Assembly: GCA_963677595.1 (NCBI GenBank)
Contig: OY782041.1
Location: 1,216,001-1,280,000, forward strand
DNA length: 64,000 bases
Direction of reading: 5' to 3'
From: Spirochaetia bacterium
Lineage (GTDB): Bacteria; Spirochaetota; Spirochaetia; CAKZLE01
Positions 28,989 to 39,219 of this stretch are shown here, piece after piece. Within the stretch, counting starts at the first letter, position 1. The number at the start of each line of letters is the position of its first letter. The translations under genes were made by a program, and so were the position numbers. Below the pieces are notes generated by a model. That model was not told the origin of the DNA, searched no databases, and saw nothing but the letters and a program-made list of their open reading frames with translations.

Positions 28989-29538
28989 GTAAATCTTCTA
29001 TCCTGTTGATGTTCTTCATCCACCAGCCCTCGACGTCAATGGTCTGAGTCTCCATCCTCCCGGTGATCTGCACGATGCGGAGATCACTAGAGTCCATGGC
29101 TTCCCTGAAGAATGGAAGTGCGGAAGCTGCGTACCGTCCGGGGAAGGGATGCCGTTCCCCATGATGGGAGACCAGCAGTGCATCCCCATAGGGCTCTTCG
29201 TACGAAGTCAGCCGCTCCAGCAGGTCCTCCGGATGCCAGATGGTGTCACAGCTGAGAATCAGCAGTTCCGGGCAGGGGGCGAGGTATTCCATCGCCGTTA
29301 TGATCCCTGCGACCGGGGTCGAGGAGGAACAGGTATCGGCGATCGACTCCACGCCCGGGAAGGCATAGAGTCCCGGCTCCTTGGAGACGATCAGGACCCT
29401 GCCGGTGACGACACGGGCAAGCTCCACGATATGCTCGATGAGCTGTACCTGCCCGATACGGGCCAGCGCCTTGTTGGAACCGAATCTCCTGCTGCCACCG
29501 CCTGCCAGTATGACTGCCGGCATCGTTTCTCCACCCAT
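28942..29538 (-). CDS. mobA: Molybdenum cofactor guanylyltransferase
   Basis: VILAGGGSRRFGSNKAL, P.AGI..A, LSCDT, HP.PG.Y, NIN..EDL; alternative start 29523. Confidence 0.8.
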   Translation of the reverse strand: MGGETMPAVILAGGGSRRFGSNKALARIGQVQLIEHIVELARVVTGRVLIVSKEPGLYAFPGVESIADTCSSSTPVAGIITAMEYLAPCPELLILSCDTIWHPEDLLERLTSYEEPYGDALLVSHHGERHPFPGRYAASALPFFREAMDSSDLRIVQITGRMETQTIDVEGWWMKNINRIEDLHEARNDKEELLRTDL

Positions 29539-29658
29539 ACCTGTATTGTACGCATATGTCCGGCTGTCAGCAAGAAGAATCATGGAGTTCAACGTAGACG
29601 ATACGCATAAAAACGGCTATCTTATAGGTGGACTCAGAACAAGGAGATCGAAACACGT

Positions 29659-30249
29659 ATGGCACGGATAAAATCAGCACTTGAACTCGCCATGGAGCGA
29701 ATAGAAGATATAGAGAGCGACCCTGAACAGATCAGGAAGGACAGGCTCACCCAGCAGGGAAAGAGACTCGCGGGTTCATTCCTCTTCTCACACGATAAGA
29801 CCATCGAGGAGACGCAGGCAGACCTCAAGGCAGTTCCCGACGCGGATGTCGATCTCGTGAGACAGGCGATGACCGATACTGCCCTCGCAAACCTCAGCCT
29901 GCCCCAGGATGAGAACTACGTCGACGGCCTCGGAAAGATCAAGGCCCTGCTCACGCTCCTCTCAAGCGGCGGGGAAGACCTCATGGGCCTCTTCGTGCAG
30001 ACTGACAACCTCTACAACCAGTACCTGACCATGAAGGAACAGACCTATGACCAGCTCGTGGAGCAGTTCAAGCCAAGGCTCGAGCAGAAGCGGAAGATGA
30101 TCCAGCAGCAGACAGGCCAGAACATCGAGATCCAGCCGGAGATGGACAAGGACTTCATGCAGATGGCGAACCAGACCTTCAAGCGGATGGATGATCAGTT
30201 CACTCAGGTCCTCGGCCAGCTGAAGGACGCGATCCGGGAGACGCTGTAG
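29659..30249 (+). CDS. Conserved helical protein (DUF6657-like)
   Basis: N-terminal MARIKSALELAMER, NLSLP; SD AGGAG. Confidence 0.6.
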   Translation: MARIKSALELAMERIEDIESDPEQIRKDRLTQQGKRLAGSFLFSHDKTIEETQADLKAVPDADVDLVRQAMTDTALANLSLPQDENYVDGLGKIKALLTLLSSGGEDLMGLFVQTDNLYNQYLTMKEQTYDQLVEQFKPRLEQKRKMIQQQTGQNIEIQPEMDKDFMQMANQTFKRMDDQFTQVLGQLKDAIRETL

Positions 30250-30376
30250 TCCAGAGAACCATTCTACCTGCTTTCATTTGGGCTGCAGCTGAACTGCATG
30301 TTCCGTATAAAGCAGGTATTCCCTCCCCTTCATATGACACAAGTTCCTCAAGTAAAAAATAATTTCATACTGCCTC

Positions 30377-30430
30377 TTGACAATCTCCCCATATGGGTCT
30401 ACAGTATTACTGTACTACTTAGTTAGTACA
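30377..30430 (+). promoter_or_regulatory. Sigma70 promoter plus YtrA-type operator
   Basis: TTGACA-17-TACAGT (30377-30405); palindrome TGTACTA-N6-TAGTACA (30411-30430) over the predicted start site. Confidence 0.75.
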
Positions 30431-30453
30431 CTAGATCATTAAAGGAGTGATGT

Positions 30454-31287
30454 ATGATCACGATAAACAACCTTTCCTTTTCCTATGGCAGAAAGCCATT
30501 GTTTACCGGTCTGCAACTAGATGTCCCTCCAGGGAATATATATGGGCTGCTTGGTATGAACGGGGCCGGGAAGACAACACTGCTGAAGCTGATCGCGGGA
30601 CAGTTGTTCCGCAGTTCAGGTGAGACCTCAGTCCTCGGGTACGACCCGGTGAAGCGGCACCCGGACATGCTTGCCGACATCTTCTACCTTCCGGAGGAGT
30701 TCTATTTGCCGAACATGAACACGGCGACCTTCCTCAAGCTGAACGTCCCCTTCTACCCAAAGTTCGACCAGGCTGCGTTCGACCGGTACATCTCGGAATT
30801 CGCCCTCGATATCAACCAGAAGATCAGCGACTACTCGTACGGACAGAAGAAGAAGTTCCTGCTCTCCTTCGGGCTCGCATCGAACACCTCGCTGCTGATC
30901 CTCGATGAGCCGACGAACGGACTCGACATACCGTCCAAGACCCAGTTCAGGAGGACGGTAGCCTCTGCCCTCACCGAGGAGCGGTCCTTCATCATCTCGA
31001 CCCACCAGGTCCGGGACATGGAGAACCTGATCAACCCGGTCATCATCCTCCATAACGGGGTCATCGTCCTGAACGAGAGCCTGGAAGCCGTATCAGAGCA
31101 CGTTTCCATCTCACTCGAGGTGGAGGAACCCCTCGATGCTGACGTCATCTACACCGAGAAGGTCCCGGGAGGCTACTCGGTGGTCAGGAAGAACCCTGAG
31201 GGGGACTTCGAGTCAGCACTCGACCTTGAGACCCTGTTCAATGCGGTGATCGCATCTCCCGCTTCATTCAAAGGAGGACTGTCATGA
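30454..31287 (+). CDS. ABC transporter ATP-binding protein
   Basis: Walker A GMNGAGKT, YSYGQKKK signature, ILDEPTNGLD, ISTHQ. Confidence 0.93.
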   Translation: MITINNLSFSYGRKPLFTGLQLDVPPGNIYGLLGMNGAGKTTLLKLIAGQLFRSSGETSVLGYDPVKRHPDMLADIFYLPEEFYLPNMNTATFLKLNVPFYPKFDQAAFDRYISEFALDINQKISDYSYGQKKKFLLSFGLASNTSLLILDEPTNGLDIPSKTQFRRTVASALTEERSFIISTHQVRDMENLINPVIILHNGVIVLNESLEAVSEHVSISLEVEEPLDADVIYTEKVPGGYSVVRKNPEGDFESALDLETLFNAVIASPASFKGGLS

Positions 31288-32075
31288 GACATATACCGCT
31301 GTTACTTAAGAAACAATTCTACGAGGACAGGAAGGGCCTGATCATCTATGCCGCTGTCATATTATGCGTCATGATCATCCCCAACCTCATCGCCGGGTTC
31401 ATCGGCCAGCTCGGGTTGAACTCGTTCTCCGAGGACTATCGCTCCCTCTTCGGGAACTTCCTCTATATCGGCGGGTTCATCATGGTCAGCATGGCCTTCT
31501 CCGAAGGCATGTACAGTAAGGTCAAACAGCATGCCTGGCTGATGACTCCTGCCCATGCCCATGAGAAGCTCATCGCGAAGGAGCTCTCCTATGCCGCAAT
31601 CTACCCGCTGGCACTCATGCTCTTCATGTTCATCTCTTCAACAATCGTCGCCGGGCTCGACAGGCTCTTCTTCGGGGTCACCCATGAGATCTTCAACCTT
31701 GCAGACCCTGCAGTATGGAAGATGGTACTCTACTACCTGGTCGGCCAGTCGATCTTCATACTGGGTGCGACCTACTTCAAGAAGGCCCACTTCATCAAGA
31801 CAGTCCTGGCTATCCTGCTGTTCTTGGTCGTCTTCGGGCTCCTTGCCATGCTCTTCGCCAGGATCATCTATGCCCCCTATGCCAAGGTCATGTTCCACGG
31901 CAACATCAACCTGAGCTTCAATGAGACTACCCTCATGCTCAGTGACCGTCTCCAGAACCTGTTCAACTTCTTGGAAGTCACCGGCAAGGTGTTCTTCTGG
32001 GCCTTACTTGCTCCATTCTGTCTGATCGTCTCCTATTTCAGGATCAGGGAAGTGGAGGCGAAGGATGCAGTTTAA
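31284..32075 (+). CDS. ABC-2-type permease-like membrane protein
   Basis: About 6 TM segments, LMTPA...EK, translationally coupled to the ATPase. Confidence 0.75.
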   Translation: MRHIPLLLKKQFYEDRKGLIIYAAVILCVMIIPNLIAGFIGQLGLNSFSEDYRSLFGNFLYIGGFIMVSMAFSEGMYSKVKQHAWLMTPAHAHEKLIAKELSYAAIYPLALMLFMFISSTIVAGLDRLFFGVTHEIFNLADPAVWKMVLYYLVGQSIFILGATYFKKAHFIKTVLAILLFLVVFGLLAMLFARIIYAPYAKVMFHGNINLSFNETTLMLSDRLQNLFNFLEVTGKVFFWALLAPFCLIVSYFRIREVEAKDAV

Positions 32076-32442
32076 GGAAAAACGTTCGATCTACCGACAG
32101 ATCGCTGACTACATATATACCCAGATCCTGGCCGGGACCTGGACGGACGGGTCGAGGATCCCCTCCATCAGGGATATGTCGATACAGATGGAGGTGAACC
32201 CCAACACCATGACACGGGCATACGGCCTGCTGCAGGATGAGGGGATCATCTACAACCAGAGGGGCATCGGGTACTTCACTTCGGAGAATGCCTCCGAACT
32301 TACCCTGGCCATGAAGAAACAGGAGTTCATCACGAGCAGGCTGCCTGAGATGTTCTCGACCATGCAGAGCCTGAAGATGGACATTGAGGAACTCCAGGCA
32401 CTATTCACGGAATTCAAGGAGCGCAACCATGAAAATGAGTAA
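32065..32442 (+). CDS. GntR regulator, YtrA subfamily
   Basis: 125 aa; IYRQI, IPSIRD....EVNPNT..RAY..L, RGIGYF. Confidence 0.92.
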   Translation: MQFKEKRSIYRQIADYIYTQILAGTWTDGSRIPSIRDMSIQMEVNPNTMTRAYGLLQDEGIIYNQRGIGYFTSENASELTLAMKKQEFITSRLPEMFSTMQSLKMDIEELQALFTEFKERNHENE

Positions 32443-32593
32443 TAGACTGTTATTGATCGCCTTCGCGGTACTGTTGGTGATGATGCTTGCCGTACTGATC
32501 GTCCTCCGGCCGATCACCGATGAGATCATGCAGGGGACTGTACGGCAGTCATCCCTTTATATAGAAACGGCTATACACCGATTACCTGTCTGA
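32429..32593 (+). CDS. Small single-TM protein (54 aa)
   Basis: SD AAGGAG, overlaps the GntR stop; MKMSNRLLLIAFAVLLVMMLAVLIVLR. Confidence 0.55.
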   Translation: MKMSNRLLLIAFAVLLVMMLAVLIVLRPITDEIMQGTVRQSSLYIETAIHRLPV

Positions 32594-32615
32594 CAGACCG
32601 CATCTTGCCTGTCTC

Positions 32616-32671
32616 CCGCCCCGCCTTTTACCAAGAGCGGACCGCCCCGCCTTTTACCAAGGCGGGGCTTT
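32616..32671 (+). terminator. Duplicated hairpin terminator
   Basis: 20-bp direct repeat CCGCCCCGCCTTTTACCAAG (32616-32635, 32642-32661); second copy forms GCCCCGCCTT-ttacc-AAGGCGGGGC-TTT. Confidence 0.7.
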
Positions 32672-32731
32672 GTGTTTTCCCATATATGCCCTATACTGTA
32701 AGGCGGTCAACCCAAGACAGGAGGCATCAGC

Positions 32732-33766
32732 ATGCAGCATGAAGTGAAGGAGAAGCAGGACCTGCTCGATTCGAACGGTATCATCACAGAACCCGGCTGG
32801 GCTCGGAGCCCCCTCTGGATATACGACCGGAGTGCCGTCAGGGCAAGCTGGATCCGCATCAAGGAGTGGGATTACTACTACGTCCTCTCGCATGACAAGA
32901 GGATTGGCCTCTCGGTGACCGTGAGCGACCTCGGGTATATCGGGCTCATGGCGATCTGCTTCCTCGATTTCGAGACGGGCTTCTCCGTCCAGGATGACTC
33001 CCTCGTCCTGCTGCCCAAGGGGAAGATCGGGCTCCCACCCAACTCGGGAGACAGTATTGTGGAGTTCAAGAACAGCAAGCTCTCCATCTCAATCACTACT
33101 GCGGGGAACACCAGGAGGCTGCAGCTCGCTGCAGAGAGCATGGTCCTTCCCGACGGCACCGGGCTGAATGCAGATGTAACCCTGAGGCGGGTAGAAGAGG
33201 ATGAGAGTATCAATATCGCAACGGTATGGAAGGAGAGACCGACGGCTTTCTACCTCAATGAGAAGATCGCCTGCATGGGTGCTTCCGGGACCATAACGGC
33301 CGGAAACAAGACCTACACGCTCGACCCATCGACTGACCTGGGAGGGCTGGACTGGGGCCGGGGTCGATGGACCTACCGGAACCGATGGTACTGGGGGTCG
33401 ACATCAGCGATCGTTGACGGGGTCCCCTTCGGCTTCAACTTCGGCTACGGGTTCAGTGACCGGAGGCCGGCCAGCGAAAACGTCATCTTCCATGGCCATA
33501 GGATCCACAAGCTTGAGGAGGTCGAGTTCATCATCGACACCGACGATTATATGAAGCCCTGGAAGGTGACCAGCTCGGACGGCAGATGCGAGCTCGATTT
33601 CACCCCGGCGCTGGACCGGCATTCTGAGACGAAGGTACTCATGATCAAGTCACTGCAGCACCAGGTCTTCGGGTACTTCAATGGGTTCGTGGTCCTGGAT
33701 GATGGTACACGGGTGGACGTGAAGGACCTTCTCGGGTTCGCGGAGGATGTCTTCAACCAGTGGTGA
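32732..33766 (+). CDS. DUF2804 family protein
   Basis: LLD.NG....PGWAR, RIKEWDYY, LDWGRG.W, YWG, HQVFG.F.G, GFAEDV.N.W. Confidence 0.8.
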   Translation: MQHEVKEKQDLLDSNGIITEPGWARSPLWIYDRSAVRASWIRIKEWDYYYVLSHDKRIGLSVTVSDLGYIGLMAICFLDFETGFSVQDDSLVLLPKGKIGLPPNSGDSIVEFKNSKLSISITTAGNTRRLQLAAESMVLPDGTGLNADVTLRRVEEDESINIATVWKERPTAFYLNEKIACMGASGTITAGNKTYTLDPSTDLGGLDWGRGRWTYRNRWYWGSTSAIVDGVPFGFNFGYGFSDRRPASENVIFHGHRIHKLEEVEFIIDTDDYMKPWKVTSSDGRCELDFTPALDRHSETKVLMIKSLQHQVFGYFNGFVVLDDGTRVDVKDLLGFAEDVFNQW

Positions 33767-33769
33767 TGA

Positions 33770-34144
33770 TCACTCCGCCGCTACCTCTGCGACCGCTCTC
33801 AGGAGGACCTTCCGCATGACCGGTTTCTGGAGGTAGCGCGACACCCCGGCCTCAAGGGCCTCCTTGAGGTCGCACTCCCTGCCGTACCCGCTCAGGAGGA
33901 TCGCCTTCACCCCCGGGTTCAGCTGCTTCAGCTCGATGAAGAGCTCCTTCCCCGACATCTCAGGCATGATCATGTCAAGGATGACCAGGTCGTACGAAGC
34001 ACCCCGTTCCCGGTAGATCCCCAGGGCTTCGGAGGGCAGTGCGGCTGGAGTCACGGTATGGCCGCCGCTCATCAGGAGATGAGCCGCCACTTCCCGGCTG
34101 ATCCGTTCATCGTCAACGAGCAGAATTGACAAGGATGTACCCAT
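33770..34144 (-). CDS. Stand-alone response regulator (receiver only)
   Basis: ILLVDDE, LVILDMIMPEMSG, LLSG, LQKP. Confidence 0.9.
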   Translation of the reverse strand: MGTSLSILLVDDERISREVAAHLLMSGGHTVTPAALPSEALGIYRERGASYDLVILDMIMPEMSGKELFIELKQLNPGVKAILLSGYGRECDLKEALEAGVSRYLQKPVMRKVLLRAVAEVAAE

Positions 34145-34262
34145 GTGATCTCCCCCTGGTTGTGATACTACCAGTATATAGGAAGAAGCTGCTCTTTCCT
34201 AGCAGAAAGAACAGCTTCAACGAGAAACCAGGCACACAGTGAGTCTACGGGATCGACCCCGA

Positions 34263-35549
34263 TCAATCCCAGTAGGGCTCCATTCTCTTCTTCAATGATT
34301 CCCGGTACGCATCCCAATCTTCGATGGGATACTTAGCCAGTCCTTCATCACAGGCAGCCTTGGCGACTGCGACAGCTTCATATTCGATGACCCTCGGGTC
34401 AAATGGTTTGGGGACGATATAATTTCTTCCGAATGCGAAGTCCTGACCGCCGTAAGCGCCCTTGACTGATTCAGGAACTGGTTCCTTGGCAAGTGCTGCC
34501 AGCGCGTATGCGGCAGCGAGCTTCATGCCTTCGGAGATCTTCGATGACCGTACATCGAGAGCCCCGCGGAAGATGAAGGGGAACCCGAGCACATTATTGA
34601 TCTGGTTCGGGTAGTCAGACCGGCCGGTAGCCATGATCAGGTCATCCCTGGTATCCATGGCCAGCTTGTAGTCGATCTCAGGATCCGGGTTGCTCATGGC
34701 GAACACGATCGGGTCCTTTGCCATCGACAGGAGCATCTCCGGGGTCACGCAGTTCGCAACCGAGAGGCCCATGAAGACATCGGCCCCGTCCATGGCTTCT
34801 GCCAGGGTCCTGGCTTCGGTGTCATTTGCCATATCCTCTTTCTCCGGAGTCATGCGCTCAGTACGTCCCTGGTAGATGACGCCCTTGCTGTCGCACATGA
34901 TCACGTTCTCTTTCTTCACCCCGCAGGCGATGAACATCTTCGCACAGGACATCCCGGCTGAACCGGCGCCGTTGACGACGAGCTTCAGGTCTTCCATCTT
35001 CTTGCCGACGATCTCAGCTGCGTTCAGCAGGCCGGCAGTCGATACGATAGCCGTCCCGTGCTGGTCGTCGTGGAAGATGGGGATGTCGCACATCTCGATG
35101 AGGGTCTGCTCGATCTTGAAGCACTCCGGTGCCTTGATATCCTCGAGGTTCACCCCGCCGAAGGTCGGCTCGAGCATCTTGACCACCTCGATGATCTTAT
35201 CAGGGTCGAGGGTATCGAGTTCCAGGTCGAACACGTCCACATCAGCGAACCTCTTGAAGAGAACGCCCTTCCCCTCCATGACCGGCTTGGAAGCAAGCGC
35301 ACCCCTGTTCCCGAGCCCGAGGATGGCTGTACCGTTCGAGATGACTGCTACAAGGTTTCCCTTTGATGTATACTGGTAGGCAGTCTCGGGGTTTTCAGCG
35401 ATCTCAAGGACCGGCTTGGCAACACCAGGGGTATAAGCCAGTGAGAGATCATCAGCAGTCGCACATGGTTTTGTGGGAACCACTGATACTTTTCCAGGCT
35501 TGCCGTCCATCGTGTGGTAGGCAAGAGCTTTCTTCTTCAATTCATCCAT
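34263..35549 (-). CDS. NAD(P)-dependent malic enzyme
   Basis: [63 protein letters not shown]. Confidence 0.95.
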   Translation of the reverse strand: MDELKKKALAYHTMDGKPGKVSVVPTKPCATADDLSLAYTPGVAKPVLEIAENPETAYQYTSKGNLVAVISNGTAILGLGNRGALASKPVMEGKGVLFKRFADVDVFDLELDTLDPDKIIEVVKMLEPTFGGVNLEDIKAPECFKIEQTLIEMCDIPIFHDDQHGTAIVSTAGLLNAAEIVGKKMEDLKLVVNGAGSAGMSCAKMFIACGVKKENVIMCDSKGVIYQGRTERMTPEKEDMANDTEARTLAEAMDGADVFMGLSVANCVTPEMLLSMAKDPIVFAMSNPDPEIDYKLAMDTRDDLIMATGRSDYPNQINNVLGFPFIFRGALDVRSSKISEGMKLAAAYALAALAKEPVPESVKGAYGGQDFAFGRNYIVPKPFDPRVIEYEAVAVAKAACDEGLAKYPIEDWDAYRESLKKRMEPYWD

Positions 35550-35642
35550 TCGAACCCTCCAAAAATATTCGCATTCCTGCGAACACTGTTTCTATTTTTT
35601 CCCCCGGATGTGTATGCAAATCCGGGGGTTTATTCCTGGATT

Positions 35643-36770
35643 CTAGTTCTCGAAATCGAAGGTGTACCCGAGATCGTACCGATCACGAAGCTCGACCATC
35701 ACCTTCTGGAGCGACTCGGGAACCGGGCAGCCGTGTTCCTTCCGGTACTGCCATGCGATATGCTCCTTCTCGCCGGCAGTATAGATCCTCTCCGCATCCG
35801 GGGCCACAGTTGAGTTCCTGACCTCCCGGCAGATGTTCCCGGCTATCCTTTTGAGCGTATCGAGTCCCATGAACCGTTCCGGGTCGATCGCTATGAAGAA
35901 ATGGCCGAGCGGATAGGGGATCCTCTTCCCGTCAGCATCGAAACCGTTCAGGGCCTTGAGGTAGCTCCCGTCCTGGAGCGCTGCCGAGAGGATCTCGACG
36001 ACCATCGAGTAGCCGAATCCCTTGTACCCTCCGGTGCTCTCCCCCAGCCCGCCGAGCGGGGCGAGGGCTGCCTTGCCCTTGGTCAGGTCTACGAGGATCT
36101 GCTTCGTATCGGTACGGGTCTTGCCGTCATTGCCGATGACCCAGCCCGGGGGAAGCTCCTTCCCTGCCCGGCCGTATACCTCGATCTTCCCCCGCTGTGA
36201 GACCGATGTCGCACAGTCGAGCACGAAGGGGAACTCCTCGTCGGTCGGGATCCCGAAGGTCAGCGGGTTGGTGCCGAGCATGTTCTCCACCCCAAAGGTC
36301 GGGGCGATCGAAGGCCTGGCATTGGTCCCGGTGATACCGATCATCCCGGCTTCAGTCGCCATGAGGTTATAGTAGCCGGCAATACCGTAATGGGTCGAGT
36401 TTCGTACTGCGACCATACCCATGCCGTACTCTTTCGCCTTCTCGATCGCCATCTCCATCGCCTTCTTGCCGACGACATGGCCCATCCCGTTATTCCCGTC
36501 AAGGACTGCAGCCGTCATGTCATCCTTTACCACATCGATCTTCGTGACCGGGTTCAGGATCCCGGCATCGATACGGTCGATGTAGATCGGCTTCAGCCGA
36601 CCGATCCCATGTGAATCTATCCCTCTCTTGTCAGAGGTGATGAGGATCTCCGTAACGACTTCTGCATCCGCTGCCGGGATCCCCGCCCCGATCAGGGCAT
36701 CGTACATGAACCTCTCGAGCACCTCGAAATCTACCCAAACACAATCCTTGTAAGCATCCTCATAAGCCAT
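35643..36770 (-). CDS. Ldh_2 family (type-2 malate/L-lactate-like) dehydrogenase
   Basis: D.RGIDSHG..RL, VRNSTHYG..GYY, GTNPL, LDCATS, GYKG.G, AGEKE. Confidence 0.9.
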   Translation of the reverse strand: MAYEDAYKDCVWVDFEVLERFMYDALIGAGIPAADAEVVTEILITSDKRGIDSHGIGRLKPIYIDRIDAGILNPVTKIDVVKDDMTAAVLDGNNGMGHVVGKKAMEMAIEKAKEYGMGMVAVRNSTHYGIAGYYNLMATEAGMIGITGTNARPSIAPTFGVENMLGTNPLTFGIPTDEEFPFVLDCATSVSQRGKIEVYGRAGKELPPGWVIGNDGKTRTDTKQILVDLTKGKAALAPLGGLGESTGGYKGFGYSMVVEILSAALQDGSYLKALNGFDADGKRIPYPLGHFFIAIDPERFMGLDTLKRIAGNICREVRNSTVAPDAERIYTAGEKEHIAWQYRKEHGCPVPESLQKVMVELRDRYDLGYTFDFEN

Positions 36771-36824
36771 AAACCGCCTCCTTGACTTATTCATTATCCT
36801 ATTCTATGTCTCACATGACTCCTG

Positions 36825-37598
36825 TCATGCTATTACCAGCTGTATCCCCGCCTTCTGCAGCTCCTGGTCGGTGAGGAAATCCCCGGCAGCCCGGTCAGTG
36901 ACCAGGCAGTCGATCCGTTCCACCGATGCCGTCTTGAAGTTGGATACGATCCCCATCTTGCTGCTCGCCGCCACCACGATCACCTTCCCCACTGTCTTAT
37001 CGATCATAGCCCGGGTGATCTCCGCCTCCTGCATGATCGGGGTCGTCAGCCCATGTGAGAAGCTGAACCCGTCGACACCGATGATCAGCTTGTTCGCGTA
37101 GACCCGCTCCAGGGCCAGCTGGGCGAAATTCCCGGCGACCGAGTGTGACTGGGTCCGGTAGTTCCCCCCGAGGAACACGATATCGAAGGCAGCTTCCTCG
37201 GCGACGAGGGCTGCCGCTATATTATTGGTGATGATCGTGACGTTCTTGTCCCGGAGGGCCCTGATCACCTGGAGGGTCGTGGACCCGCTGTTGATGAGGA
37301 CCATGTCTCCTTCGTCGATCATGGAGGCAGCTGCAATACCGATCCGTTCCTTCTCCTCACGCTGCTGCCGCTCCTTCTGCGAGAAGAGCGGCTCCACGGA
37401 CATGCTCTGCCTCAGGACTGCCCCGCCGTGGGAACGTTCAAGGATACCGAGCTGCTCAAGGGCATCGAGATCACGCCTGATCGTGAGGACGGAGACCTGG
37501 AACAGGTCACTCAACTCATTGACCCGTACCACCCCGTTCTGTGTGATCATCTCCCGTATCTTCTGCTGTCGATCCGCTGGGATCAGCCCGGCTGACAT
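36825..37598 (-). CDS. DeoR/GlpR family regulator
   Basis: RQQKI, VS.LTIRRDL..LE, RSHGGA, EKERIG..AA, SGSTT, ITNN. Confidence 0.93.
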   Translation of the reverse strand: MSAGLIPADRQQKIREMITQNGVVRVNELSDLFQVSVLTIRRDLDALEQLGILERSHGGAVLRQSMSVEPLFSQKERQQREEKERIGIAAASMIDEGDMVLINSGSTTLQVIRALRDKNVTIITNNIAAALVAEEAAFDIVFLGGNYRTQSHSVAGNFAQLALERVYANKLIIGVDGFSFSHGLTTPIMQEAEITRAMIDKTVGKVIVVAASSKMGIVSNFKTASVERIDCLVTDRAAGDFLTDQELQKAGIQLVIA

Positions 37599-37608
37599 AT
37601 ATGCCCCT

Positions 37609-37714
37609 TTTTGAACCTTTCATGTTCGTTTTATGAACGTTTATGAATGTATTTGCATATTATAGTCACTTACTCATGATGTCAAGAGAGATATTTGAAC
37701 TTTTTTGAACTTTT
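37609..37714. promoter_or_regulatory. Candidate DeoR operator repeats in the divergent intergenic region
   Basis: About 10-bp periodic TGAAC/GTTC repeats: TTTGAAC, ATGTTCGTT, TTATGAACG, TTATGAATG, TTTGAACTT x2. Confidence 0.55.
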
Positions 37715-37755
37715 ACTATCTTCTCATATCAGAATGAATCAGGTATAGTGAAGAT

Positions 37756-39219
37756 ATGGAACCATACGACCTCATCATCATAGGGGCAGGGGTCATCGGG
37801 GCAGCCATTGCCCGTGAGCTGTCTGCCTACACCCTCCGCACAGCAGTCCTTGAAGCCGAGGCGGATGTCGGGTTCGGCATCAGCTGCCGAAACAGCGGGG
37901 TAGTCCACTCAGGCATCCATTACCAGCCGGGATCAGGCAGGGCGTACCATGCCGTACGGGGAAACAGGATGCTCGAAGGACTCTGTGACGAACTCGGAGT
38001 CCCCTTCAGGAGACTCGGGAAGCTGACCGTCTCCTTCACGGAAGAGCAGACTCATACCCTTGAAGGGCTCTTTCGGCAGGGGACGGAGAACGGTGTTCCC
38101 GGCCTCGAGATCATAGGCAAAGATCGGATGCAGGAGCTGCAGCCAGGTGTAGGCGGCACCAGGGCTCTCTACTCCCCCTCCACCGGGATCGTCAGCCCCT
38201 ATGAGCTCACGATCGCCCTGGCTGAGCACGCCCACGCGAACGGTGTGGAGTTCCACTTCGAAAAGCAGGTTGCCTCGATCACGAAGGGGCAGGAGCTCTT
38301 CACCGTCACCACGACGAATGGGTCGACCTTCCAGGGCAGGGTCATCATCGATGCCGCCGGGCTCAACTCCGATAAGATCGCTAACATGGCCGGGATCAAT
38401 GGACACACGATCTACCCCTGCCGGGGGGAGTACTATGTCCTCGACAAGCGTCTTGGGGATGAACTCAACCTGCTCGTCTATCCGGTGCCCGGACACCACA
38501 GCGGCGGACTCGGGATCCATCTCACCAATACCGTGGACGGGAACATCCTCATCGGGCCGAGCAGCGAATATATTGATGACCCGGAAGACCTTTCGACGAC
38601 GGTAGACGTCCTCGCCCAGCTCCGGGAAGAGGGGCATGCCCTGCTTCCCTCCCTGACCGAGGGGGACTTCATCCGCTCCTTTGCCGGCCTCCGCCCGAAA
38701 CTCACCCCTCCGGAGATCGGGGGCTACCGTGACTTCATCATAGAGGACCATGACCGGTTCATCCTGCTCTCCGGCATCGAGAGCCCGGGCCTTACCGCCT
38801 CCCCCTCGATCGCGGAACAGGTCAGAGATATGGTCGGGGAGCACCTCCCCCTTACCTGGAAGGAACAGCTGGTTCCCCCAGTGCGCCGACCGCAGCGGTT
38901 CCTCGACCTGTCGGAAGCAGCACAGGAGCAGCTGCTCAGGGAGGACCCTGCCTACGGCTCCATCGCCTGCCGGTGCGAGGGGATCACGAAGGCGGAGGTC
39001 CTAGATGCGGCGGACAGGATCCTGGGACCGGTCACCTATACCGGCATCAAGCTGCGGTGCCGGGCGATGATGGGCCGCTGCCAGGGAGGGTTCTGCATCC
39101 CGAGGATCGCGGAGATCCTCCAGGAGGAGCGGGGGATCGAGATCACGGACCAGTTCTACAAGGGAGGATCCTCTCCCATGTTCTCCTCCCCGATGCGGAG
39201 GGATTCATATGAAGCATGA
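37756..39219 (+). CDS. FAD-dependent oxidoreductase (GlpA/LhgO-like) with C-terminal BFD-like [2Fe-2S] domain
   Basis: IIGAGVIG, NSGVVHSG, RGEY, FAGLRP, SPGLTASP, CRCE..R..MGRCQGGFC. Confidence 0.88.
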   Translation: MEPYDLIIIGAGVIGAAIARELSAYTLRTAVLEAEADVGFGISCRNSGVVHSGIHYQPGSGRAYHAVRGNRMLEGLCDELGVPFRRLGKLTVSFTEEQTHTLEGLFRQGTENGVPGLEIIGKDRMQELQPGVGGTRALYSPSTGIVSPYELTIALAEHAHANGVEFHFEKQVASITKGQELFTVTTTNGSTFQGRVIIDAAGLNSDKIANMAGINGHTIYPCRGEYYVLDKRLGDELNLLVYPVPGHHSGGLGIHLTNTVDGNILIGPSSEYIDDPEDLSTTVDVLAQLREEGHALLPSLTEGDFIRSFAGLRPKLTPPEIGGYRDFIIEDHDRFILLSGIESPGLTASPSIAEQVRDMVGEHLPLTWKEQLVPPVRRPQRFLDLSEAAQEQLLREDPAYGSIACRCEGITKAEVLDAADRILGPVTYTGIKLRCRAMMGRCQGGFCIPRIAEILQEERGIEITDQFYKGGSSPMFSSPMRRDSYEA

